From a virus (taxonomy: Duplodnaviria; Caudoviricetes), in the IMG/VR virus record IMGVR_UViG_3300032305_002462, positions 1 through 35,204 of that record: a DNA stretch of 35,204 bases. One strand, written 5' to 3'. The translations under genes were made by a program, and so were the position numbers. The notes under the pieces are model-generated. The model saw nothing but the letters and a program-made list of their open reading frames with translations. It did not search any database and was not told the DNA's origin. Each line of letters opens with the position of its first letter. Positions within the stretch are counted from its first letter, which is position 1. This document shows positions 1-8,360 of this stretch, one piece after another.

Positions 1-2
1 CT

Positions 3-1022
3 TATAGACAGGCTTATACTTCTACTACAGATAAGAGCGGAGAATTTTTAGAGTTGATGTCTAAGATTTTTAATAACTTAACTCTTTTAACATACGACAA
101 CGCAAATTTAAAAGATCCGGTAAATAGCAAACAATTAAATTTATCTTTTGTAAACGACTGTATATCTGTAGATTACTATTTTAGTTTGCAAACTAGCGCT
201 ATTTCTTTACAGGAACACGTTGGTTTAGCAGAATTTAGATTAATAAATCTTGACCCTTCTGAAGACGTTAGCCATGGAGGCTTTTTTATACCATTACAAT
301 GGAATTATATTAAATATGGTCCATGGGTTAATGGAAATGCATATTCTAGACCAGTAAATCTAATTGAGGATTCAAAACTAAATCCTTGGAACTATGGCAA
401 TTATAATAGAATGAATGAAGCTGGATCAATAATTGCTGAGAGAGCAAATACTTCAACACATACAATAGCTTATGCAAATATTACTGTAGAAGGGTATCCA
501 GAATTTAATCTAGGAGGTCAAATAATAACTTCAGAAAACGATGAGATGTGCAATATAAGCGATATATCTATGAGTTTTGATACTGAAGGAATAAAGACAA
601 CATATAAATTTAAGAGCTTTTTTGGTCCGACAGGCTTCACTAAGAGATCAGAAATTTCCGCAGTCTCCACTAGCTCTACAAATTCCTTTTCAAATAGGCA
701 AGAAAATATTAAAGTTTCTAGAATATATGATGATATCGTAGCAAAAATTTACGAAAAGACTGGATCTTCAAATTTTGGAAATAGGGCATCTAGAGGTATT
801 TTTACTGCCGACTCTTTAGTTTCATCTTCTTCTCCAGTTAATGCAAACCCATCCATTAGCAATGTTAATAGTTTAGACGCTAAGAGGGCTTCTGAATCTT
901 CTGCAAATTATCCAAATTTAGCAATGGCTCACTTTAGTTCAATTTTTACTCCCTATAGCACTTATCCAACAAAGGCAAAAAATGGACAAGCGCCTACAAT
1001 AGAGGGAGGTATTATTTCATGA
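3..1022 (+). CDS. Probable virion tail/baseplate protein, 5'-truncated by the window edge
   Basis: The frame is open from position 3, upstream of the TTG called at 54. Ser/Asn/Gly-rich, with a beta-rich segment (ITVEGYPEFNLG...ISDISMSFDTEGIKTTYKF) resembling tail-hub C-terminal strands. ATGA overlap with the next gene. Function is inferred. Confidence 0.5.
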   Translation, partial: YRQAYTSTTDKSGEFLELMSKIFNNLTLLTYDNANLKDPVNSKQLNLSFVNDCISVDYYFSLQTSAISLQEHVGLAEFRLINLDPSEDVSHGGFFIPLQWNYIKYGPWVNGNAYSRPVNLIEDSKLNPWNYGNYNRMNEAGSIIAERANTSTHTIAYANITVEGYPEFNLGGQIITSENDEMCNISDISMSFDTEGIKTTYKFKSFFGPTGFTKRSEISAVSTSSTNSFSNRQENIKVSRIYDDIVAKIYEKTGSSNFGNRASRGIFTADSLVSSSSPVNANPSISNVNSLDAKRASESSANYPNLAMAHFSSIFTPYSTYPTKAKNGQAPTIEGGIIS

Positions 1023-2389
1023 AAATATTTGGTGACACACATGCCTTAAATCCATTTGAGGCTAGAAATGCAGGAGACAATGCTTCGAGAGATCCTGGCG
1101 TTGCAATGGGTAATGTGCCTGGAGTTTACGATTCATATGCAGCTCGTGGCATGGCAATGAAGATGCCGTTGATTGTAGCTGGTTGGGGATATGACTTATT
1201 TGGCAGACCAGTACCAAATAAAGGAATATCTCTAAAAAAGATGAATGGTCATGACACTGCATTTACAGCGGCAAAAGATTATGGTTTTTTAGGATTTGAA
1301 AATTCTTTCATTGATGATGTTAGAGGAAGTCCAACGCCTTTTGGAGGAGAAGCTCCAGTTGAGTCTTTCGTTGCTGGAGCATTGGATGTTAGATATAATC
1401 AAAGACACGGCATTTGGGATACTGATCACTATTTTTTTGCTGAAATAACTGGAGTTATAAGAGCCACTGGAACAGGAGTTGATACTAAGAATTATGTTAA
1501 TAGATATTTATGGAGAGAGGTAGATATAAAAGGTCCAGAGTCAGCAAAAGATCCTTTCTCAAGAGATGGTATACAATTCCCAGCAAAAAGCTGGGAAAAT
1601 GGTACAATTTTTCCAAACAATTGGGCTTTGAATTTAGCGGAACTATCCAACAATTCAAATGACGCCGTTTATTCTATAGCTCCAAGCGGATCTATAGTAA
1701 AAATTAAAGCATATCTCATTGATAATAATCCTTCAAGTACAAATGAAAGCGCTCATAAATATAAGCCTTTTTATGTATTTAATTACACCTCAGATGAGAC
1801 AGTATTTTTGCGTATAGATTGGAATTCAAGCTTAGGTTATCCAGCACCTCTTGCGGCGGCCGATGCGACTTGGACAAGCATAGGAATGTGCAATAGATTT
1901 TTGTATAGGGCTGAAATCCAGAGTTTTTCTAGTTCACACACTGAAGGTACTGGATCTAGCCCATGGGGAGGTTTTACGCCAGACAATACATTGCCTCCAG
2001 CTTTAAGATACGTTCAAGCAGTAAATATATCAGAATTTAATAACCCGATAGGAGCATTAGGTGTTGTCGCTCCTGGAGTTATAACTGTATCACATGGACC
2101 ATTAACTAGCTCTACGCCCAATCTTAATTGGACTGGAGTGTCTATACCAGTGGGGTCAAGATCTACCTACCCATCAGGCTTTTCCATAAGGCCAATTTGG
2201 CACAATACTATTGTGGAAGGAAAGAGGCTTAAAGGTCTAGGAAACAGTCTTAATACTTATGGTCCCGTTTATTATTTTTCGATGGCAAATGCTCATGATG
2301 GAGGATGTCTAACTGGAGTATGGCCTTTTAAAAATTTAACTGCAGAAACTGGCGCAGGAGAACATTCGTCCACCAAGAGAACAAACTAA
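1019..2389 (+). CDS. Probable virion structural protein with two internal repeats
   Basis: 456 aa ORF, Gly/Ser/Asn/Pro-rich. Duplicated module: NRYLWREV..WALNLAELSN..IVKIK..FYVFN versus NRFLYRAEI..QAVNISEFNN..IVEGK..VYYFS. Confidence 0.5.
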   Translation: MKIFGDTHALNPFEARNAGDNASRDPGVAMGNVPGVYDSYAARGMAMKMPLIVAGWGYDLFGRPVPNKGISLKKMNGHDTAFTAAKDYGFLGFENSFIDDVRGSPTPFGGEAPVESFVAGALDVRYNQRHGIWDTDHYFFAEITGVIRATGTGVDTKNYVNRYLWREVDIKGPESAKDPFSRDGIQFPAKSWENGTIFPNNWALNLAELSNNSNDAVYSIAPSGSIVKIKAYLIDNNPSSTNESAHKYKPFYVFNYTSDETVFLRIDWNSSLGYPAPLAAADATWTSIGMCNRFLYRAEIQSFSSSHTEGTGSSPWGGFTPDNTLPPALRYVQAVNISEFNNPIGALGVVAPGVITVSHGPLTSSTPNLNWTGVSIPVGSRSTYPSGFSIRPIWHNTIVEGKRLKGLGNSLNTYGPVYYFSMANAHDGGCLTGVWPFKNLTAETGAGEHSSTKRTN

Positions 2390-2390
2390 A

Positions 2391-2405
2391 GTGTATAGTT
2401 TTATA
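2391..2405 (+). promoter_or_regulatory. Candidate late promoter GTGTAT-N8-ATG (leaderless)
   Basis: gtgtat agttttat atg lies in the 15-bp gap before the ORF at 2405. The same motif precedes four other genes. Confidence 0.55.
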
Positions 2406-3049
2406 TGGCAACAGTAACATTTTATGCTAATGAAGGTTTAGGGGCTATAAATAGCGGATCACAGTCATTTGCTGGTTCTGGAATAGGTTTTTTTGGAAAT
2501 GCAGGAGCTTTTTCTAGCGTAAGAATAAATGAATACCAAGATAGAACTTTTTTAACTAACGCGAATGGTACAACTGTCGGCGCTGAAATGGATAACGTAA
2601 AATATTCTAATCCAACAGGAGCTATCATTTCTAGAGGCGGAGTAAATGACGCTACTCTATGGATTAAGTATATTCCAAATTATAAATCAACTTTAAATAT
2701 AAAATTTACAGATACAAGTTCAGTAAGGACGCAAAACGCAAAAGTTCAAGTATATGATAGGTCCAATATTAATAACGGGCCAGTTGGAGTAATTTGCCAA
2801 GCTTGCGAAGTAGTACATCCAGAAACAAGCCAAGCCGTACAAGGTTCAGGTTCTTCTTCATGGGTTCCATGTAGCGGAAGTACTCCGTACCTATCGCTTA
2901 TAGATAGTCCTGGTCTTAGCGGTATAAGACCTAGCGGATCAAATACATATTCAACCGTTCACGACTGGTATATTTGTTTGTCAGCTACTCCTACAGGCAT
3001 AGGATCTCATACGTCTTTTGGTTTGTATTTTTCTGTTGAATATTTATAA
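2405..3049 (+). CDS. Probable virion structural protein, paralog A
   Basis: 214 aa, Gly/Ser/Thr-rich and beta-like. Colinear similarity with the next ORF (QDRTFL/QDRTYL, IPN..LNI.F, GSGS..W, HDW.I..S..P, EYL/EYI). Confidence 0.6.
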   Translation: MATVTFYANEGLGAINSGSQSFAGSGIGFFGNAGAFSSVRINEYQDRTFLTNANGTTVGAEMDNVKYSNPTGAIISRGGVNDATLWIKYIPNYKSTLNIKFTDTSSVRTQNAKVQVYDRSNINNGPVGVICQACEVVHPETSQAVQGSGSSSWVPCSGSTPYLSLIDSPGLSGIRPSGSNTYSTVHDWYICLSATPTGIGSHTSFGLYFSVEYL

Positions 3050-3714
3050 TGGCTTTATCTCTTATTTACAGATACATAGGATTTAATGGATCTTCAATAA
3101 CTTATAATAATTTTGATGGTTATGATATAGGTTTTGGTTCTACGGGAAATAATAATTTAATTAGAGTTGGAACGCAGCAGGACAGGACTTATTTAATTGA
3201 TATTTTCTCCTCCAAATTTTACCGCAATATAAATAACATCCAAAAGAGTGATTCTTCAAAAGCCATCATTTATAATGACACAGCAAAAGATGTCGAATCT
3301 CCTCTGACTGAAATACCAAATTGGTGCGCAGTTTTAAACATTAATTTCGGAGATCCTAGCGGAGTTACTAATTACAATGTAACTTCTGCGAAATTAACAG
3401 CCTCTGGAGTTGGCAATAAAATACAAACCGTGTCTTCAGACTCTGTAAATATATATGTTGCAGAAATATGCAATACTGGAATTAATTTTAATGGCGTAGG
3501 AAGTGGAAGTGCTAATTGGGCCACGCTATCTAATAAGATGAATGCTTTCTTAGAACTTTCCAAAAATCCAGGACCAAGTGGGATTAATGGAAATATATCG
3601 TCCTCAGGAAGTCCGCAAAAAATTCATGACTGGCATATTGCTATATCTGTAGAACCTAAATATCCATCAAATGCTCCATATATGAGCATTTCGTGTATTA
3701 TAGAATACATATGA
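3049..3714 (+). CDS. Probable virion structural protein, paralog B
   Basis: 221 aa, TAATG coupling to the previous gene, paralog of 2405..3049. Confidence 0.6.
   Translation: MALSLIYRYIGFNGSSITYNNFDGYDIGFGSTGNNNLIRVGTQQDRTYLIDIFSSKFYRNINNIQKSDSSKAIIYNDTAKDVESPLTEIPNWCAVLNINFGDPSGVTNYNVTSAKLTASGVGNKIQTVSSDSVNIYVAEICNTGINFNGVGSGSANWATLSNKMNAFLELSKNPGPSGINGNISSSGSPQKIHDWHIAISVEPKYPSNAPYMSISCIIEYI
3693..3707 (+). promoter_or_regulatory. Candidate late promoter GTGTAT-N8-A
   Basis: gtgtat tatagaat a, followed by an SD-like GAGG and the ATG at 3722. Confidence 0.45.
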
Positions 3715-3721
3715 GGCTTTT

Positions 3722-3934
3722 ATGGGCGAAGAAAATGGTTGGCTTGAATACAAAAAACTAATTTTAGCGGAGCTTACAAGAAGCAATGAAAGACTTTCTA
3801 AGATTGAAAATGAGCTATCTTCCATAAAAGAAGAAATAGCAATTTTAAAAACAAAAATGTATTTTGGTTCAGCTCTAGTCGCCGTGATTATTTCTATAGG
3901 AGTCACGTTTATAAGCAACGCAATAAAGGGTTAA
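3722..3934 (+). CDS. Small coiled-coil plus C-terminal transmembrane protein (holin-like or XhlA-like)
   Basis: 70 aa. Heptad stretch (RLSKIENELSSIKEEIAILK) followed by a hydrophobic helix (FGSALVAVIISIGVTFI). GAGG upstream. Confidence 0.55.
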   Translation: MGEENGWLEYKKLILAELTRSNERLSKIENELSSIKEEIAILKTKMYFGSALVAVIISIGVTFISNAIKG

Positions 3935-3950
3935 GAAGCTATAATTATTA

Positions 3951-3965
3951 GTGTATCATATAAAG
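3951..3965 (+). promoter_or_regulatory. Candidate late promoter GTGTAT-N8-G
   Basis: gtgtat catataaa g lies in the intergenic gap before the ATG at 3977. Confidence 0.5.
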
Positions 3966-3976
3966 GTTTTAAAAAA

Positions 3977-4459
3977 ATGAATAATTTAATAGAAAAATTA
4001 AAAGCTCAGATAATGGAATCTTCGGTCATTATGGGAGGGCCAGCCCAGATGGGCGATGTTATGCCTATGGGACAACAAATGCAAGGCGGAGAATTAGGTG
4101 ATTTAATGCAAGGAACAGCTCCATCTAGCACAATGAATGGATCAATGCCTATGCAAATGCCTATGCAAATGCCTACTGAAATGCCAGAAATAGAAGAAGA
4201 GTCTTCTGAAGCTACTGAAATGGTAAAATCAGATCTTAAGACTCTTATTCGAAACGCTCAGCAAATGCTAGATGCTATTAGCGGATCTATGGAAGTTGAA
4301 GAGTGGATGGTTAGCAAAGTAACTTTGGCTACTGATTATATAGTCTCAGCAAATCAGTACATGTTAAGCGACAACCAAAATGGACACAGCTCATCTATGC
4401 CGATGAGCAAGAGTCCAATGCCAGCTACTCCTAAAATAACTATGGATATGATTCAGTAA
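3977..4459 (+). CDS. Met/Pro-rich hypothetical protein with a helical domain, possibly head-associated
   Basis: 160 aa. Low-complexity Met-rich N-half, then MVKSDL..WMVSKVTLATDYI, a helical motif I recall from uncharacterised large-phage proteins. Confidence 0.55.
   Translation: MNNLIEKLKAQIMESSVIMGGPAQMGDVMPMGQQMQGGELGDLMQGTAPSSTMNGSMPMQMPMQMPTEMPEIEEESSEATEMVKSDLKTLIRNAQQMLDAISGSMEVEEWMVSKVTLATDYIVSANQYMLSDNQNGHSSSMPMSKSPMPATPKITMDMIQ
4145..4174 (+). repeat. 12-bp coding tandem repeat ATGCCTATGCAA x2.5 (MPMQ)
   Basis: atgcctatgcaa atgcctatgcaa atgcct, read directly from the sequence. Confidence 0.9.
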
Positions 4460-4460
4460 T

Positions 4461-4949
4461 TCACTGAAATATAGATTCAGCTATAGCCTTTTCACACAAA
4501 ATACTAATTACCTTGGCTTCTGTCAAGGTAATTCTTTGTCCAGACCAAAATGCCCCAGACTCTTTTTTAGAGCTTATTTCAAGACCAAAAGACAACTCTC
4601 CACTAGTGTCAATTTGATAAATTTTTAGTATCGTATTTCCATCTTTTGTCTGATGAAAAAGCCCTTTTCCTTTTTGAGTAGTTCCATCTGGATTTCCAAG
4701 ATGATTCTTTTTAGCTGAAAAAACTAATATAATTTCTGCCAACTCCTCTAAATCTAGCTTGACTGTTTCTGAGTTTTCTTTCCAAGAAAAGGAAGGGTTT
4801 CCTCCGCTATCTTTTTCTTGATTCTGTTTTGCGATAGTTAAAAAGAAGTTTTTAGTATTTTGATTATATTCCCAAGAAGTAGCCGAACCTTTAGAGTGAT
4901 CCTTATGACCTGGTTTATATATCTTATAAGAAGGGTTATACTTTTTCAT
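4461..4949 (-). CDS. Whirly-like ssDNA-binding protein
   Basis: Motif order YKIYK..KGSA / FFLTIA / FSWK...VKLDLEELAEII / LFHQ / ILKI / ITLTEAKVI parallels plant Whirly YSIYKGKAA / VLLQFA / YDW..FSLSVTEIG / FFHD / VLKV / VTKAEFAVL. Confidence 0.6.
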   Translation of the reverse strand: MKKYNPSYKIYKPGHKDHSKGSATSWEYNQNTKNFFLTIAKQNQEKDSGGNPSFSWKENSETVKLDLEELAEIILVFSAKKNHLGNPDGTTQKGKGLFHQTKDGNTILKIYQIDTSGELSFGLEISSKKESGAFWSGQRITLTEAKVISILCEKAIAESIFQ

Positions 4950-5752
4950 AGTATTATCTCATTTGATTTAATTGAAGATGGTACACTTTCTCCTCCATTA
5001 GATTCACCTCTAGAAAAAGCGTTTAATTTAGCTAAGACTAAATGTGATTCAGAATATGAAAGCATTGAAGTATCATCTTTATTAATGCCCATATAATTAA
5101 TTAATTTACTTGGATTAAGGCCTAACTTGTTAGACATTGTACTGATTGCTATTCTCGCACTGTCAGAAATTGGTCTATTTGACTCTTGGTTTTGCATTTG
5201 AAGTTCATCAGCATTCAATCCTTCTTGTATTTCTTCTGCTGAATAAATTCTAACTAGACCTAGGCCCTTTCTGAGAGCTCTAGCCTCAGCTTTCGTGGCC
5301 GCTGTACCAACACTAGATTTGCAGTAAGGCCAAGGAGTGTTATCTTGATTGACGTCAAAAACGTCTGAAATCTTTCTCTCTAAAGATTGACCGTGCTTGA
5401 TATAAATTATTGTGCAAAGTACGGACGCAGTTGGATCTAAAGTGGTAGGAGCCTTTAATACGCCCATCTCAGAAGTCACTATATCGCCCACCAAAAGCTT
5501 AAAAACTCTTCTAAGCCCATCACAAGTAGGCATGTTTTGCTTAAGCTCATCTTCGGTAAAGAAAGTCATTACGTAATCAGACCAGTCTTTATCTGTTTCT
5601 GTTTTTGTAATACCTTTATCTTCAAGAACTTCTTGATTACTAGAATTATTCAACATCTTTTCTAGCTCCTTAACTTTAAGTTTACCTAAATCTTCCGCGT
5701 TAAGGTCAGCATTTTTTAGTAAAAGTTGATTTATAATTTCTAATTTTTTCAT
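4946..5752 (-). CDS. Putative single-strand annealing protein (Rad52/Sak-like)
   Basis: Core beta strands followed by the helix GTAATKAEARALRKGLGL..YSAEEI. Small helical N- and C-terminal domains. ATGA-coupled to the Whirly-like gene. Confidence 0.5.
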   Translation of the reverse strand: MKKLEIINQLLLKNADLNAEDLGKLKVKELEKMLNNSSNQEVLEDKGITKTETDKDWSDYVMTFFTEDELKQNMPTCDGLRRVFKLLVGDIVTSEMGVLKAPTTLDPTASVLCTIIYIKHGQSLERKISDVFDVNQDNTPWPYCKSSVGTAATKAEARALRKGLGLVRIYSAEEIQEGLNADELQMQNQESNRPISDSARIAISTMSNKLGLNPSKLINYMGINKDDTSMLSYSESHLVLAKLNAFSRGESNGGESVPSSIKSNEIIL

Positions 5753-5753
5753 A

Positions 5754-6272
5754 TTAAATCCAATACTTTTCTAAGCTTTGAAGACTAAAATCACAAACTT
5801 CCATTTTATCTCTATTTAGGTTAGGATATACGCTTTCAAAAACAGTTTTGACAATATCACTAGTAAATATTACATGATCAAAAAAATCAACAAGCTTTTC
5901 TATACTAGGCTCTAGCGTTCTTATTTCTGAAATATCGGATATATACCATATCTTCTTATTAAATATTGAACCACACTCAAAAGCATTTATTGCTCCACGT
6001 ATAGTTAAACATAAAACTGAACCATTGTATTGCTCTATCATATGGTTATAAAAAACACCAAAAGGAGCAGCTACGATCGGTTTATTTAAATCGGCAGAAA
6101 ATACGCATATGTCATAATCATATGAATTTTTAGCATATACGCTATGAGCCAATTGATAATACTCCTGAGATCTTAAATTATCCAAAAGTATAGCAATTGA
6201 AGCAGTTGTTGGAAACCTTGAACCGATTAAAAATGTTTCTGAAATAGGATTAGCGTTTAATAAGCCATTCAT
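5754..6272 (-). CDS. Hypothetical protein, possibly a degenerate glycosyltransferase-type Rossmann domain
   Basis: 172 aa at the end of the GT cluster. KKIWYISD..FDHVIFTSD resembles the N-domain of GT-B enzymes. Confidence 0.45.
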   Translation of the reverse strand: MNGLLNANPISETFLIGSRFPTTASIAILLDNLRSQEYYQLAHSVYAKNSYDYDICVFSADLNKPIVAAPFGVFYNHMIEQYNGSVLCLTIRGAINAFECGSIFNKKIWYISDISEIRTLEPSIEKLVDFFDHVIFTSDIVKTVFESVYPNLNRDKMEVCDFSLQSLEKYWI

Positions 6273-6960
6273 TTTTTAAAATTCTTTCTCTTATCTTAGC
6301 CCATTCAGGATTAATTTTATCATGATTAGTTACGTTAGTTTTACTTTGCGGGTGTGAATTATAGATAAAAAGAACTTCAGGTAGTCTGAACGCAAAAAAG
6401 CCAGACATAACAATTCTACACCACAAATCGTAATCTTCTACGTAACGGAAAGATTCGTCAAAGCCTCCGACTTTTTCTAGCGCTTCTTTTTTGACTACAG
6501 AATTAGTTGAGATTATACATTGATTGTACAGCTTTTCTATATTAAAATTTTCTTTTAGTCTTATAACGCTGTGATCTGGATACTTTTCAACGTAGTCTGA
6601 GTATACAATGCCCACATTATAGTACTTATCTAAAACATCTATGGACATATTTAGTTTATTGGGAGTATATGTATCATCCGCGTCTAAAAACGCTATATAC
6701 TCACCACTAGCTTTAGACACGCCAAGATTTCTTGCCGAAGCAGTGCCTCCATTTTTCTTTTTAAAATACTTTATATCTGCATCTACAGAATCTAGAATTG
6801 TTTTCATTACAGAATCTGTATTGTCACTGCTTCCATCGTCTACGACTATTATTTCATAAGAATTTTTATCGTAATTTTGATTAACAGCACTCTTTATTGC
6901 GTTTGAAATAAAAAATTGATTATTGTAAGTAGGAATTACTACTGAGCATTTTTTATTCAT
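6250..6960 (-). CDS. Glycosyltransferase family 2 (GT-A)
   Basis: SVVIPTYN, EIIVVDDGSSDNT, NGGTASARNLG, YIAFLDADD, GGFDESFRYVEDYDLW. Confidence 0.95.
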   Translation of the reverse strand: MNKKCSVVIPTYNNQFFISNAIKSAVNQNYDKNSYEIIVVDDGSSDNTDSVMKTILDSVDADIKYFKKKNGGTASARNLGVSKASGEYIAFLDADDTYTPNKLNMSIDVLDKYYNVGIVYSDYVEKYPDHSVIRLKENFNIEKLYNQCIISTNSVVKKEALEKVGGFDESFRYVEDYDLWCRIVMSGFFAFRLPEVLFIYNSHPQSKTNVTNHDKINPEWAKIRERILKNEWLIKR

Positions 6961-7372
6961 TTGAGCAGTCTACCCTTAGTATAGTTGTATTTTCCTCAAA
7001 CCAAAACTTTTTAATATTTAGTTTGCCGTTTCTGATAAAGTTTATAGAAGCAGCTGTATTGAATGGCGTTTCTATATTTTTACAAACTAAATGAGCCACA
7101 CCTACATCAAGTCTAAAATATGCAGCATCAACAAACATTTGGTATATATTTATAAAAGATAAATCTATCTCTGTGGTATTTGATGATATTTTTCTAATTT
7201 TAGAAAGTAAGGACTCTGCATCCTTAAGGGATTCAAAAGTTCCAGGAAAAATTCTAATAGAGTCTATCTGCTTATCATCAGGAAGCTTTAAGAAGTCCTC
7301 TATAGTTATTTTTTTAAAATCTAAATAATTATCTATTTTATTTGATATGAAATATTTCATGCTTTTTTCCAA
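6953..7372 (-). CDS. Hypothetical protein (alternative ATG start at 7360)
   Basis: ORF fills the gap within the GT cluster and overlaps both neighbours. No clear motif. Confidence 0.6.
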   Translation of the reverse strand: MEKSMKYFISNKIDNYLDFKKITIEDFLKLPDDKQIDSIRIFPGTFESLKDAESLLSKIRKISSNTTEIDLSFINIYQMFVDAAYFRLDVGVAHLVCKNIETPFNTAASINFIRNGKLNIKKFWFEENTTILRVDCSNE

Positions 7373-8360
7373 GTCTTAGATTGTAGGCTTTGTCAAATAA
7401 ATTATTCCAAGCATCAACAAATTTTTCTATTGAATAATTTATGCATACAGTTTTTCTAGCGGCAGATCCAATTTTTATATAATTGCTATTGTTGTTACAA
7501 ATATCTACTATATTTTTAATCAAAACATTCAAATCATTTGATGATAAAGAGTTTTCATCGTTTAAAACTTCAGCGACCTGTTGATATCTTGTTGAAACAA
7601 TTGGTATTCCTACGGACATGGCTTCAAGCAAAGACATCGGAAGCGGAGAATATTTAGACGTGTTTAAATAACAAGAGCTGTTAGATAGAATATTCGCTAT
7701 TGTGACAGGGTCATTTATAGGTTCACTTAGGCCAGGGTTACTGCCTATCAGTATAAAATCTATCTCTGGATCTATTCTTTGAACGTTATTTTTAATATAT
7801 TCCCATTCCTTCCAGCCACAAGCGTAATCCCTTTCCTTTAAGAAGTTGACTATATAAACAACCCTCTTCTTTTTGTTGGGGGTCCAACCCCTAAAAATAT
7901 TAGTATCAATTCCGTGATTTATTACAGTCCCGTTGCTGCTACCCCAGGTATTTTTGTTATGTTCAGTAATAAATACATTAAAATCGCTGTTTATTTTTTT
8001 AAGGTTTTCTATAACATTCCTATCACCTGCAGGCTCAGTGTGATCAATATTAATCACAGGAACTCTAGAAACATTTGAAAAGCCATTAATAATTGACAAC
8101 TGACTATTTCTTTCTTGAGAAAGAACAATGTCTATATCATATGGCAGCTCATAAAAATTATTTATCAAAACACAATTTGAAGGAAGCTTTCTGTAAGACT
8201 CTTCCCATTTTTTACCATTTTCGGGATTTATAATGTAAAAATTATGTCCCGTTCTAGCTAGCGCTTCTTGATAAGATTCGTGAGTTGCTAAAGCAGCTAT
8301 GTTATATTTATTCTTTTTTCTTCTATTAATTTTATTTGCAATATAGTTTACTGGATTCAT
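7338..8360 (-). CDS. Glycosyltransferase family 4-like (GT-B)
   Basis: VINHGIDTNIF, YLNTSKYSPLPMSLLEAMSVGIPIVST, C-terminal YSIEKFVDAW. Start placed at ATG 8360 (ATGA overlap with the upstream stop) rather than the called 8387. Confidence 0.9.
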   Translation of the reverse strand: MNPVNYIANKINRRKKNKYNIAALATHESYQEALARTGHNFYIINPENGKKWEESYRKLPSNCVLINNFYELPYDIDIVLSQERNSQLSIINGFSNVSRVPVINIDHTEPAGDRNVIENLKKINSDFNVFITEHNKNTWGSSNGTVINHGIDTNIFRGWTPNKKKRVVYIVNFLKERDYACGWKEWEYIKNNVQRIDPEIDFILIGSNPGLSEPINDPVTIANILSNSSCYLNTSKYSPLPMSLLEAMSVGIPIVSTRYQQVAEVLNDENSLSSNDLNVLIKNIVDICNNNSNYIKIGSAARKTVCINYSIEKFVDAWNNLFDKAYNLRLGKKHEIFHIK

